From assembly GCF_009914755.1 (NCBI RefSeq), contig NC_060930.1: a stretch of 64,000 nt of DNA. One strand, written 5' to 3'. Position 1 is the first letter of the stretch. Each line of letters begins with the position of its first letter. Of this stretch, positions 42,421 through 61,270 are shown one piece after another. The stretch is from the human T2T-CHM13v2.0 reference genome, Homo sapiens. A program made the translations under genes and the position numbers. A model generated the notes under the pieces. That model searched no databases. It saw only the letters and a list, made by a program, of their open reading frames with translations, and had not been told where the DNA came from.

Positions 42421-42712
42421 TATAATGTAAGTATAAGACAAGCTTCTTTCCTATCGTTCCATTTTCCCTCCCTCAAAGTGAACTCTATTACTAGTTTTTG
42501 GATAACCTTTCAATGATAGTCTGTGCATAAAAGTCATATACAATGATATCTATTTAAAAAATTTTTTTAAACCACACTAAATTAAACTTTAACCCAAGGG
42601 CTGGCTCCTCAGGAAGAAAATGTATCTTGGGTTACTTTTCAACCACCTCCAGCAAGCAGGGCTGGGACTCCGGTGGGGTGAGCAAGGTACTTGGCTTGGA
42701 CATCAAATTTAA

Positions 42713-43160
<448 letters not shown>

Positions 43161-43782
43161 CATTAGCTGTTCTTCCTGATCCTCTCCCTCTTCCCACCCC
43201 CAACCTTCTGACTGACCCAGCGTGTGTTTTTCCCCACCATGTGCCCATGTGTTCTCATCACTTAGCTCCCAACTATAAGTGAGAACATGCAGTATTTGGT
43301 TTTCTGTTCCTGTTAGTTTACTAAGAATAATGGCCTCCAGCTCCAGCCATGTCCCTGCAAAGGACATAATCTTGTTCCTTTTTGTGGTTGCAGAGTATTC
43401 CTTGGTGTATATGTACCACATTTTCTTCATCCAGTCTGTCATTGATGGGCATTTAGGTTGATTCCATGTCTTTGCTATTGTGATTAGTGTTGCAATAAGC
43501 ATATGTGTGCATGTGTCTTTATAATAGAATGATTTATATTCCTTTGGATATATATCCAGTAATGAGATTGCTGGGTTGAATGGTATTTCTGCTTCTAGGT
43601 CTCTGAGGAATCGCCACACTGTCTTCCACAATGGTTAAACTAATTTACACTCCCACCAACAGTGTAAAAGCCTACATTTTTCTCCACAACCTCGTCAGCA
43701 TCTGTTGTTTTTTGACTTTGTAATAATAGGCATTCTGACTGGTGTGAGATGATATCTCATTGTGGTTCTGATTTGCATTTCT
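43161..43782 (-). mobile_element. L1PA/PB ORF2 C-terminus and 3'UTR fragment
   Basis: Translation [37 protein letters not shown] matches the L1 ORF2p C-terminus. Confidence 0.92.
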
Positions 43783-43796
43783 CACATCAAAGTTTT

Positions 43797-43928
43797 TTTT
43801 TTTTTTTTTTTAAGACAGAGTTTCACTCTCGTTGCCCAGGCTGAAGTTCAATGGCACGATCTCGGCTCACTGCAACCTCTGCAGTGTGGTAGAACGCAGA
43901 TGTGGTAGAAATAGCCACCGCATCGGCC
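43797..43928 (-). mobile_element. Internally deleted Alu with ~30-bp filler
   Basis: Both Alu ends present; TSD CACATCAAAGTTTT 43783-43796 / 43929-43942. Confidence 0.88.
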
Positions 43929-43987
43929 CACATCAAAGTTTTAAACAAAGGTAAGACCAGGTTTTTGTTTGTTTGTTTGTTTTTATA

Positions 43988-45493
<1,506 letters not shown>

Positions 45494-45613
45494 AGTGGAA
45501 GCCATTATTACTGACTAGGTCAGTCTAGAAAAATGGCAAAAAGTTGGTAAAATTTGTAAATTGCCTCTGACTGGCTAATTTTGATAATGAGATGGGGAGA
45601 GAAGCACAGGTAC

Positions 45614-45913
45614 TTTTTTTTTTTTTTTTTTTTTTTGGAGTTTGGAGTTTGGAAGAAGTTTATTCCAGTCCTCATGGATGACTTTGAGAGGTTCAAGGCT
45701 TCAGTGGAAGAAGTCAATGCAGATAGAAATAGCAGCAAGAGAACTAGAATTCTGAGTACAGCTTGAAGCTATGCTGTGACTGGGTTGTGGCAATTTCATG
45801 ATAACACTTGAACAAGTGAGGAGTTGCTTTTCTTTCTTTTTTTTTTTTTAATTATACTTTAAGTTCTAGGGTACATGTGCACAACATGCAGGTTTGTTAT
45901 ATAGGTATATATG
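45614..45913 (-). mobile_element. L1PA 3' stub (45850-45911) + polyA + transduced Tigger1 fragment (45637-45827) + second polyA
   Basis: Two polyT runs; TSD GAGAAGCACA(G/A)GTA 45599-45612 / 45914-45927; minus-strand AATAAA 45659-45664. Confidence 0.85.
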
Positions 45914-46050
45914 GAGAAGCACAAGTAAGGGAAGTGATTAAGGGAAGTGATTTGGAGGAGATTTCTCTAAGGTACTGGCTTTTATATACACGTTGATGGT
46001 GGTGATGGTGATGGTGGTCATAATGGTGATACTGTTTTTCTGTGGAGTGC

Positions 46051-46464
46051 TGATATAGTTTGGCTGTTGTCCCTGCTAAATCTCCTGTTGAATTGTAATC
46101 CCTAATGTTGGAGGTGGAGCTTGGTGAGAGGTGATTGGATTATGGGGGTGGATTTCTCATAACTGGTTTAGTGCTCTTCCTTTGGTGCTGTCCTCCCAAT
46201 AGGGAGTGAATTCTTGCAAGATCTGGGTGTTTAAAAGTGTGTGGCACCTCCCCCCACCCTTGCTCCCTCTCTTGCCATGTGACCTGCTGGTGCCCTTCAC
46301 CTTCCGCCATGATTGTAGGCTTCCTGAGGCCTCCCCAGAAGCCAAGCAGATGCCAGTGTCATGCTTCCTGTATAGCCTGCAGAACCGTGATCCAGTTCAA
46401 CCTCTTTTCTTTATAAATTATCCAGTCTCAGATATTTATAGCAATGGAAGAATAGCCTAACACA
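46051..46464 (+). mobile_element. MSTA/MSTB MaLR solo LTR
   Basis: TGATATAGTTTGGCTG...CTAACACA; flanks AGTGC/AGCAC consistent with a CpG-decayed AGCGC TSD. Confidence 0.88.
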
Positions 46465-47084
46465 AGCACTTTGCTCAAACAAAATCCTAGGGAATCTCAA
46501 TGTGCAAAACAGGTAGAAGTATGACTTCTCAGCTAAATTTGGAGCAGAGGGACTGGAGCTCACATTAGCCCAAGGGATTCCTAGGGGAAGCTCTGCAGAA
46601 AACACCATCTTAAGGGGGATAGAGGAGAGGAGGATGGACATATGGTCAGTGTCAGATTATGTTGGGGTGAGGAATTCACACTATACTTGGTAGGTGGATA
46701 TAGTTGGCATCAAAGATTTCTCTATCAGAGCTGCACCAGAGGACTGCAGGTGGGTCACACTGGGGAGGCAACAGCAATCTGGAAAAGGAAGGAATGGACA
46801 AGAAGACATTATAATGAAAGGAAGAATGGGCATAGAAATAAGACCAAGTGGCCAAAGGTGGCTAATGAGAGGACAGAAGTCAAATGCTGTAATGAATCCA
46901 AATGCTGTTAGAACAATGTTGAGTGCTACATTGCTTTTTAAAAAATTCTTATTATGTTTTAAATTGTGGCAAAATATACATAACATAACATTTATTCATA
47001 ATTGCTTTTTAAATTTTGCTGTTTTACAAAATGGAAAGATATTTGCACTAAAGAATTCAAACAGTATAAAAGGATCTGGAATGA

Positions 47085-47460
<376 letters not shown>

Positions 47461-50190
47461 ATTTTTTTTTTTCCACATAACTATTCTGTACTTTGTTGGT
47501 TTTTTGTTTGTTTCCCTTTGAACAAACCAGCCAGAGTAACTTGCATGTGACTGGAAGGAAGGTAGACAGGGAGAAAATAGCCAGGCTGTAGAGTTAGACC
47601 TTGAGCCAAATCCTGGCTTTGTTACCAATTCATTGATAGCCTTGGGCACATTTCTTGAGCTCTTGGAGGCTCAATGTATTCTTTCTTTCAAAATTATTAT
47701 AATAGTGTCTTCCTGTTAGGACACTCTGTGCTGCGAGCAGCAGTAAACTCAACTCCAGCTGGCTGAAACCTAAGGTTGTATTTTTCATCCCACACAATAG
47801 GAGGTCTAGCCACAGTGCATCTTTGCTGTCAATGGGGTTGGGATGGTATCACCACCTAAGGAGGGGTGCTTGGGAACAGGGGTGTAGAACTTTCAGTTGT
47901 CACAATTCCAAGGGCTGCTAGCAGCATTCTGAGGGTGGGGATCATGGATGTTGGAGATCTTAGAATGTCTGTAGCAGCCCACCCCATCAAGGAACTGTTC
48001 TGCTGAAAATGCCGGCTCATTGAGAAGCATCGATCTAGTCACTCAATCACACGATCACGCCAAGGACCTCCGTTCTTCTCTCTTCCATTTCTCATGCTCA
48101 TGGCCTCACCTCTGACAGTAGCAGGGTGGCTGCAACCACTCAAGGTGATACAATAATGTCCAGGGAACAAGAGAGGCCATATCTTCTACTTTCTCTTGAG
48201 AAAAAAGGAAACCTCCCTCAGGAGCTTCCTCGAAGGCTCCCCCTACCACATCTTACTTGCTCCTTCCTGAACCCGTCCTAGGCCGGGGTGCTGCTCTTAA
48301 GTCACACAGACGCTATTCTGGAGCAGGATGGGGTCAGCTTCCCCTGAGCCAAGGGCTGTGTGTGGGACAGTGGGGATACCCATTAGGGCAGGTCAGCCAC
48401 GCCGTCTACTCCACCACCTCACTAGGTTCCTATAAGGATTACGGAAGACATGGTCTCTGTCATACAGTGAGAACGCAAAGTTCTTCCCTCAAAGAAAACT
48501 GTCACACGCGGTCATTTCCCTAACCTTTTAGTTCTGCCTCACGTAGAAAAAGTGGGCAGGCTCTGTGGACAGGGAAGTTGAGAAGGTGAATGAAGGGCGT
48601 TCCTCCCAGAAGCTGAAAGACGCTGGGGACAGGACCTGCTCCGGGTGATGATGTGGAAGTGGGAGGTCGCCATCAGTCCTGGACTCCCAGTGGTTTTTTC
48701 TGTTCATCAGTTAGAATCCTGTCACGTGTATCAAGAGCTGACATTTTTACATATTTGTGTTTACCATGATGAGTATTTACAGTCATCCAAAGTTAAATTT
48801 TAAAAAACTATGAAATATTAAGTGAAATGACTTAAAAGGGGTGTAAGATCTACCTGAGAATAAAAACTTGACACTAAAACTTGAAGAATTAATAGATAGA
48901 AAGTCAACTATATTCTATTGGTCCCTTTAGAATTTAAAGGGTTTTTTATCTTTAATTTTTATTTGGTGGAAATATTCTAAGAATTTTATTACTGAAAACA
49001 GCATGTAAAATAAATGATTATACAACTAATGGAATCACATAAATAGAAGCAAAATTGAGTTAAAACTGATTCTTTAGAAGCAAAATCCATTTAGGGTTCT
49101 TCTTCTAAAATATGAAGGATGATTCTACAACTTTCCTCAGTAATCTTAACAAATTTTTATTGCTTGTATGTTAAGAATAATTGCAGAATGTAAAGTTTAC
49201 ATAATTGTTACTTTCAGAAACATTTTGGGGTTCATCCTCAGGCCAGTCAGTCCTGACCTACAAGTTACAATGAGACAAGATTATGCAAATCATGTTAAAG
49301 TCTTAATCAAGTAAACATAAGTAAAGCACATTGAAATGGAGAAGCCGAAGAGATTAAGAATTTTAAAAACATATAAAAAGCCTTAAATCTTTCCTATTTT
49401 CTCCTCATCCCCTTGGCTGTAAGAAGGTGGGATGGCCCCTTTCAGCTGGGTACTTTTTTTTTTTTTTAATCAAAAGCAACATGACCTGTCTCAAGTGGAA
49501 TTCCAGAGAGGGCTGCAATGGGGCTCAGACAGTGGACTGTGCCAGCGTGCTTCATCTCAAATCCTGGCTCAGCAGTTTGCTACCTGGGTAACAAGAGCTA
49601 TTCATTTAACCTCTTTCAGCCTCTAAGACCTGTTGTTGGGTATAATCATCATCCTCATCCCATAGGGCTGTATGAGGACGATAAATGATGTAAGCAGTGT
49701 TTAGTACACGGTGACCAGTAGGTGTCAGCTGTACTAGATGTCATTCTAGTCCTGGCTCTTCTAGATTGGCTAAATGGCTTCGGTTAAACACATTATTTAA
49801 ATCTCCCTGGCTTTATATTCTGAGCCCTTAAAGTTCCTCAATTCTATTAGAAGGCACACATATGAGAAAACAAATGATCCAGGCAAGAAGGGTCATGTTT
49901 TTTTCAAATTCATTGCAAGTGTATTCCCTTGCCATATTTCAGTTTGTGTTGATAAATGGGGCCTAAGGTGCTATAGAACTTGATCCCTTCAAGTTATAAG
50001 GGCATTTTTCTTGAAAGTTTCCACTGCTGCAGTTAAGCCCCTGAAAAATCACTGTGGCTTTAGCTTAAGCAAGCTAATCTCTTTCAAAAGCCAAGGAAGA
50101 GTTAGGAAAATTATTTCTAAAATGCTTTTGCTCTTTTAAAATACTTAAAATTTTTAAATATTTAAAAATACTTTGGCATATTATATATGG

Positions 50191-50747
50191 TGTAGGAGAG
50201 GAAAGGCTTTTCCTCTACCCTCTTGGGTTCTATGGCTGGGCCTGAGAATTAAACTCACAAAGGCAGCTAACCAGGAGAAAAGCACACAAATTTTACTTAA
50301 TACGAATATTTCTATGTGTACACAAAACCCTTCCTATGTAAGAAATAAAAACCCAAAGAAGTGGATAGGTCTGAGAGCTTACACACCCTTTTAACAAAGA
50401 ATTGTGGAGATGTAATAAAACAAAGGAAAAAGGGGTTTGGGCTGGGATCAGTAAACTGTCAGAAAGTAACTAGGAAATATATGGAGGAAACTAATGAAAG
50501 ACAAAGGTTAATTTAGTAGGTTTGTTTACACAGATTCATCTCTGCATAGACTTCCCATCTCTAATGATAAGAATATTCTCTTCTTGGTGCAAGGAAGGCA
50601 TCTTTCTTATAGAATATTTATGTCCTGCTTTTAGGTAGAAAGGGGAAGTCTGAGAGGTCTTCCAGCATCTTCTCAATTGCTTCCAGCTCAAAATAATCAA
50701 CGTGCCAAAATGGCATATTTTGGGGTCACGTGTTCTGATCCCCTTCA
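50191..50747 (-). mobile_element. MER34-family ERV1 3' LTR
   Basis: Minus strand begins TGAAGGGGATCAGAAC..CCCCAAAATATGCCA after a purine-rich tract and ends ..CCTACA. Confidence 0.75.
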
Positions 50748-50759
50748 ATTCCCTATCTG

Positions 50760-52000
50760 AAACTTCATAGGAAGCGTCACATATTAAAAGCTGACTTGGT
50801 GGATGTGAAGAGAAAAATGGAATCAGTAGCTGAGTGGTAAGAGATTTGCAAAAGGAGAGAAGAAGATGGATTAGAACAAGAATAAACAAACAGAACAACT
50901 ACAACAACAAAACTAAACATACTTCTCCTTATACCATTAAACCAGTCTCCCTATCCTGGGAATAGGCCAGTCCAATCAAATGGTTGAGACTCATTGATCT
51001 GATGGAGTGTTAACTTTGTTTTTAAAGGTACGAATTAAACACCATTTGTCCTATCTGATTCACAAGGAAGCAGAATTTTTCACCAATGATTGTGCAAGCT
51101 CCTCCTTGTTGGGCAGTGTATCCAGGGCACAACTATTTTGGAGTACAACAGTGGCTAAACTATTCATTTCTGACTGGAATACTTCCAATGTTTGCATAGT
51201 GGTATTGAACTCTGGTTCTATTACCATGGGAATATTTAGGATCATCTTTTCCAAGCCATGAATTCTAAAACTTGGAAATCAGGTCCTCGACATTGAAAAG
51301 AACTTGGAGTGAGGATATAGTGGGTATTCTATGACATCTCATCTGGTATGTTTATGTGGCACTACTATATGAATGAAGGAGCCCAAGTTTGTAATTTGGC
51401 TAGTATTCAAGGTGGAGTACATGGTGATGGAAGGTCCCAGATATCTGAGTCCAAACTGTCCTGACCTTTTAAGTGAAAACCCTTTACATGCCTTGTTGCC
51501 ACATAAAATAAAAAGAGAGAAAAAGACCAGTGCTGTTCATGGTCAAAGTCAGAGTGGAACCTGCAATTCTCCAGATCTAATGTGTTTCATGACCCTTGTC
51601 ATTGGTCATACTGGGATCTGCATACCTCCATGTGCCCCTGGAAGAGCAGAACTGTTTGCCAAATATCTAATACAGGAGGCCTGCAATCTGGGTCTGGAAG
51701 CTGTAAGGCCTGGTTTTGTTACTTGGCCAAGTTATTCCAGGTTTTTGGTCTACTCATTCATAATTTTTGGTGTCGAGCATCCGAACCGGGAGCACCTGAA
51801 CTATCTCGGGCTGTGCAAGTGTGGCCTGGGAAACAGCTGAAACATTTGGTAATTTGGCAAATATTTATGCTTAAAAGGCAGTGCTGGAACCAATTATGAC
51901 TTCCTTGAGGGGTTTGAGAATGCTACCTATGGAATCCGACTACAGGGTTTGAGTGTAACATTGCCTTGGTATATCTAGGAAGGGTCCAGGACCATTTCTG
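50760..52000 (-). pseudogene. Degenerate ERV1 env (MER34-int-like)
   Basis: SLATVVLQNSCALDTL (immunosuppressive domain, cf. LQNRRALD); after a frameshift AQQGGACTIIGEKFCFLVNQ (degenerate CX6CC); directly upstream of the LTR. Confidence 0.8.
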
Positions 52001-52821
52001 TTTTCAATGCAAAGGGGAAAATTCCTTTCCAATGACTTCAACTGAATTGTTTGACATTTCCCAGCCCAGACTCCAGACCTGGTGATCAGATGATCCCAGC
52101 CCCAGCCTTCAAACCACTGCAAATAGAGAAGAGACAAGCTATCCCTGAGAGAGCCCTGCCCAATCTACAGATTAATAAAGAAAATAAATACTGTTATTAT
52201 TTTTAAAAACAGCCCTGTTTGGGGTGGCTTGTTATGCAGCAATAGGTAACACGAACAAACGGTAAAGCTTGGAGCCTCTGAATGCCCGGAGTAAATATTT
52301 TAGCAGTGGAGGCACATGATGTTTGAAGTAGGACTGAACACACTTGGGCGGGGCAGGGGTAGACTGCACAGTCTAAATTTCAAGAAGTTAGTTTACATGT
52401 TAACATCATTTAACTATTAACTTCAGGGCTTTGCATCTCAGAGTAGAGAAGACCTGGGCCCTGTCTCCGGGAGAAAGCTTAGGGGACAGTGAGCTTGGAA
52501 AAGCAGTCCATCCCCACCATCCATTGTGCCAGAGTGGAGGAGTGGTGTGGGAGCCAGAGATCACCCATTGTTTCTGCACCTTTCAGGAGGCAAGGGGGAG
52601 GACCCGAAGTCCCCATGGGCTGCAAGGTGGGTGCACACCGTTTCTGCTTCTGAAGTCCTTCCTTGGCTTCTGAGAACAACCCTCTTCCATTCCCTCCAAC
52701 CCTTCTGGCTGTTCATTCTTTATCCCTGTTGCAGGCTCATCCTCCTCCTCCTGACCTGGGAACATCAGGGCTGCTCAAAGCTCAGTCCTGGGCCCTCTTC
52801 CCTTCTCAGCTTTAGACCTCC

Positions 52822-53560
52822 TGTAGTATAATAAAAATAGACATTTGGTCTTTGTCCTTGGTTCCTGAAATAGAAAGGCTAAAACTCTTGGAATTTTCTG
52901 ATAGAACATTTGTTATTACTTACATTGTTAGTGTTATTTTGTTGTAACATAATTGTTTTTTATAAAGAGTCCCTTTTGATCACACCTGAATTTATGCTAA
53001 TGAGATGACTGAGAGTGGGCTCTCTAGACAGCCTCAAGATGGGCTGGGTACCAGAAACACCAAGTGATTAGAGGACTGGAACTTTTAACTCCACCCACTG
53101 ACCTCCAGAAAGGGGCAGGGGCTGCAGACTGAGCAAGGCTGGTGGGGCTTCTGGGTGGGGAGCATGTGGAGACCCTGGAGGCTGGTGCACCCAGAGGGGC
53201 CCTGGAAGTCCCATGCCCATAGCACACTCTGTCTTCTATCTCTTCCCTTTGCCAGTTCCTGAGTTTTCTTCTTTATAATAAACTGGTGAACTCAAGCAAA
53301 GTGTTTTCCTGAGTTCCGTGAGTCATATGGAAGCTGGGGATGGGTTGTGGGAACACTAATTTGTAGCTGGAGGGGCAGAAATGCAGGCAGCCTGGGCACC
53401 CCGTTTGCAAGTGGCTTCTGAAGTGGGGGCCGTCTTGTGGGACTGAGCCTCTAAGCTGTGGAGACAGACACTAGCTCCAGGTAGATAATGTCAGAATTGA
53501 ATTATTGGACACCCTGTTGGAGAACTGGTGTTAGACACCACTTGGTGTTGGTAAGAACCA
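52822..53560 (+). mobile_element. MER21-family LTR inserted in an L2 (L2 ~52640-52820 and ~53570-54240)
   Basis: TTTGGTCTTTGTCCTTGGTTCCTG..CACACCTGAATTTATGCTAATGAG..GTCAGAATTGAATT..GGACACCC. Confidence 0.7.
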
Positions 53561-55109
53561 GAGAAGCTCAACCTGGTCAAAACAGAATTCATGATCTTGC
53601 CCTCCCTCTATTCCTCTTCTGGGGGTCCCTGCCCCAGTGACTGCTACTGTCTACCCAACAGCTCAAGTCCAAATCCTAAGGCACCTCCCTCCCCCTGCCT
53701 CCCTGCACCTACCCCCACTTGGGGCCATAAGTGTGCTACATTGATTTTCACTCCTAAATAGCGCTCAGATTTGTCCACCCCACAACCATCATCTCTTAAG
53801 TATGATCACCCTTCACCACAACAATGGCAACAGCCTCCTATGGGGCTCACTCACATTGTTTCTGTCCCCAGTAATTTGCTCTTTGTCCTGTATCCAGAAT
53901 GATCTTTTCAAAATTTAAATCTGGTTAGTCACATTCATGACTCAAAACCTTTTGACGGCCTCTCATTGCTCAAGGTTGAGTGGCTGTCCCCTCCCATCCT
54001 CAGCTCCGCCAGTTCCTCTGTGCTCTCTGCCCTCAGGCCACCCTGGCCTTCTTCCAGTCCAGCCCCCTGACACTCCCTCCAACAGAGCCTCTGCGTGGCC
54101 CAGCACGTTCTTCCTTGCAGTCCGAGCTGTTCTTCCACCTCACCTTCCTCACAGGCCTCCTGACCAGGTCAGATACCACCTTCTCAGCATTGGCCACAGG
54201 GGCTGAGTTTGTATAGTGTTGGCCCCTCCCACGCACTGAGAGCTCCCCGGGGGTGGGACCTCTAGCATTTCCACCGCACAGAGGAGGGTGGGCCGGGGCT
54301 GGGACCAGTGCACCTGCATGACCCTGAGAGTGATGCCTCCTTAAATTCTATGCCCCAGCACCTCCCTCACCTCCTTCTCTGTCCTGGAGTGAGCATGTGC
54401 CCCCGTGAGGGTTGTAGCCCAAAGGGTCGCCACCACCTCAAAATCTCTTTGAAGTCTTATTTTATCTTTAAAATAGCTTGTGAATTTTGTATTTAACTCC
54501 ATAATGTAGCAATGTGTATTTAAATGTAAAAGCAATGTCCTTCCCGAAATCAGAGTTGCTGCAGGAAGACAGGCCATGTGTGCCTGGGGCCTCTTGGAGA
54601 TGCCATGCCCAAGTCAAGACACAGTCATGGAATTCCACACTGGGCATAAAATGACCAGCAAGAGTCCAGCAAGGGGACCGGCAGGGCCCCCTTTACAGGA
54701 CATCACTCCCAGCCCAGGCTTAGTAGTGATGGGGGAAATGTTTCCTCTAAGCTGCCTGGCTTCAAATCCCATGAAAGCCACCCTGTGGGGCCTTGGCGAT
54801 GAGAAATCTTTCTGCAGTGTTGTGTCCTATATGTAGGCAGGAATGGTGTGATTCCTATTTCATGGACAGGACATCCTGTAGGTGCTCAGTCAATCAATGT
54901 AAGCTCTTAACACGCTCCTCACCCACCATCTCTTTTGCCTGCCCTCTGCCAACATGGCTAAAACCCTGGCCCCTTTCAGTTCTGCCAAACCATGACATGT
55001 TTTAGTTATGAAGCCCCAATTAATTACGTTTCTTAATTAGTGGTTCTGTTTCTAGAATCCCCAACTTTCTATATAAGTAACTGAATACACATCCACATAG
55101 GTTTAAATA

Positions 55110-55410
55110 CGGTCCCCAGAGCCCAGCATCAGCATCCCCTTGTTAGAAATACTTCCAGGCCCCAGCCCAAGCCCACTGAGTCACAAACGCTAGGGAGCTG
55201 GGAGCAGTGGGGGGCGCCTGTAATCCCAGCTACCTTAGAGGCTGAGGCGGGAGGACTGCTTGAGGCCGGGAATTTGAGACCAACCTGGGCAGCAGAGCAA
55301 GACCCCTATCTCGAAAAAGTTAGAAAGAAGGAAACTCTGGGAGTGGGGCCCTGTGATGTGACAACGGGCCCCCGAGTGATGTCTGTGCATGCTGAAGTAG
55401 AATCACTGAC
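55110..55410. mobile_element. MER5A-like MITE interrupted by an Alu monomer (~55197-55318)
   Basis: CAGCATCAGCATC..TTGTTAGAAAT..CACTGAGTCACAAAC | GAAACTCTGGGAGTGGGGCCC. Confidence 0.6.
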
Positions 55411-55479
55411 TTAGATGGCCCTCAGGGTGGCCTTAAAACCAAAACAAGAAAAACACCACTTTTAGACGTTCCCCCAATC

Positions 55480-58000
<2,521 letters not shown>

Positions 58001-58386
58001 CGTCCGTTTGACCTTCCTACAAGGCCTCTAGAATTCCCAGCCTGCGTCAGAGTAGGAAGAAACTTCCAAGGCCCGGAGCAGCTGCCTCCAAGAAAAAGGC
58101 TCCCAACTCCCGGGCATGGTTCTAAGGCCTTGGGATTGGTTTTTAACTCTAAATATCATATTGTAGCCCTTGCAGTTTGCTGGAGACCCCTAGGGAAAGA
58201 ACAAAGCGTCCTGCCACGGTGCACCAGAGGAAGGTGCCACGGACTGTGGGTGCACGCGTGGGACCTTTACACCCCAACCTATTTCTCAGAGAAAACCCTT
58301 CGGGGCTGGGCCAGGCCACCCTTTTCTTTTGACTGAGATGTGGGTAATGTGTGCCCAGACTTGACGTTGTTTATTGTGCGACATTG

Positions 58387-58470
58387 TGTACAAATGTCCT
58401 TTATAAAAGTAAAGGCCACTCGCACCCCCTTTTACGCTGTACTCTGAATTTTGGCTTTCGTGAGTTTGGG
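58387..58470 (+). terminator. Candidate proximal poly(A) site of PPP1R3G (non-canonical hexamers)
   Basis: TGTA 58387, TATAAA 58402-58407, AGTAAA 58408-58413, downstream U/GU-rich sequence; canonical AATAAA only distally (59904, 59943, 60001). Confidence 0.5.
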
Positions 58471-59191
58471 GAGGCATTGGCAGTCGGCCGATCTTTGTCA
58501 GCTGATGATGTGCGCACTTTAACAATCCTTAAACAACAGCCTACAAATTCCTCCCCTTCGTTCCTTCCTCTCTACTGCGAAAGGGCCCAAACTTCCCATG
58601 TGCTTTAAAATGTTCTGTAGAAAGTGTTCCGTCCCCCTCCGAATTAAGACGTTTGGTGAATTGAAATGCCAGTCCTCGGGCAGGCCCTGGCTGTGATCTG
58701 CGAGAGCCGGGCACGCACGCCCCGGCGCCCTTTGTGTAGGCAGAGCACACTGTTAGGAGACTTGCCGGGCCATTAGCAGTCAGAGAAGCTGGGCCCTTTT
58801 AGTCGCTGGACTGCCAGCGCAGGGGATGGGGGATGGGAAAGTGGCTTTCTGTTCCTCTCAGAGCCACAGTGGGGAGTGGTGACTTGATGGAAGAGGAAGC
58901 ATGCCCAGCGAGTCAGTGCTGCGCAGACGCAGATGGCCACCTCTGCAGGCCCGTTGGGTGGGGTATGGACGGCCTTGGTCGCTGTGCTGGCTGTGGATGC
59001 CAGGATGATGTGGCCCTCTGTGCATGGGTGGGCAGGAGGGCATCCCGAGTAAGGTCTGTCACCCCTTGACTCTGCCTCAGTGATTTCCCTTTTTTTAAGT
59101 CTTCCCATTTTCCAGCACATGGCGAGTACAGTCAGTCGTTTTAGGGATGGTAGTCTCTAAGGAGGGACAGTTTCACTGTTGCTTGATAGAA

Positions 59192-59854
<663 letters not shown>

Positions 59855-61222
59855 CTCTAGGGAAGTAGTGTTTTTTAAACACAATATGCTGACAATTATA
59901 GTTAATAAAGCATTTAGACTTTAGTGAGCTTTTGCCACTTGAAATAAACCCCCTTTGGGTAAAGGTAAAGCTTTATATGACTCTCAGTAATCTTGTTTAG
60001 AATAAACACGAAAATGTGAAAAGTGCGGTTATCATTGTGTCAGGCAGGGGAATCTACCTGTTGCCTTCTTTCACCTAAAAAAATAGTAACACATCAGTGC
60101 AACTGAAACATAGCACCCGTTTGAATTGGCTTCAAACTACAAAGCTGCCAGATATTTCTCTGTGCTTCAAAATGTGGCATCTTACACAATGGAAGTATTT
60201 AGTTTGAACTTTGGGTTGGAGATATCCCTTTGACTATGGCAGTGTTTCCCAGAGTAAACTGATCATAGGAAAAAAATAATTTATTGACAGCAAGCCATCA
60301 GGAGTTAACATATTACAATTTAGACTTTTAAAAATGGTCAATGGTCATATCAATGAACTAATGAATACTTAATTCATATATGCTTATAAAAACTTTGACG
60401 AAAAATAAATGATAAAATGAAACAATTTTTCTGTTACTAAATATAAAAGCTATCAAGCCTTCTGATGCATCATCAGGTAATCTTGGTCTGATATACCATT
60501 TCTTAAAAGTACATTATTGCATAACCATATTTTTCCGATATATTTATAAATACATTAATTTTTAAGATATTGACAGTATACATATGCTATAACATTGTTT
60601 GAAAATGCTTGTTTGTGGGGCAATAAAGCAACATTTTGAATTGTTTTGAATTACTTAAAATTAAATGAGGAGCCCAATATAATGATTCAAACAGAGATCT
60701 TTGTGTCTAGTATCCTTTAAAATGGTAACCCATTAAATCTGGACTCAAACAAGAGAAATAGATTTTTAGTGGTATGTACAGAAGACTTTCTATTCTGTCA
60801 TAACACCATTACTGATTTTCAAAACTATATTTTAAAGTTCAAATGATTCATTTTAAAAGAAACTATTTCATAATATAATGAGCATCCAGTATGGCTGCTA
60901 GGAAAGGAAACCTAGTTTTGCTCTCCTCCCAGTCTCAGAGACTAGTGCGTCAAATGTTCATAATTTGGTAAAATATTTTAAACAGCCCAGTATTTCACCA
61001 ATGTGTGTAGCCTTTCCAAAGCATTAGCACTGGCAATCTTTTGAATGTCCATTTTGTTTTATAAAAGTGCCAACTTCTCATTGTAGACTAATAGCAAACA
61101 TTATGCAGTGAAATGTAAAGGTAATAAAAATAGGTTTTCTTTGTTTTTGAAAAGTTATTTCAAAGGAAAGGGCAATACGACCAGAGTGAGGAAGTATTTA
61201 AGAGTGTATTTCCTGAAAGGAA

Positions 61223-61223
<1 letters not shown>

Positions 61224-61256
<33 letters not shown>

Positions 61257-61270
61257 ACACACACACCACA
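61224..61270. repeat. (CA)n microsatellite, interrupted
   Basis: Seen directly. Confidence 0.95.

Noticed and set aside
50150-50169. Perfect 20-bp palindrome ATTTTTAAATATTTAAAAAT
   Set aside because: A/T-only low complexity; readily arises by chance or slippage
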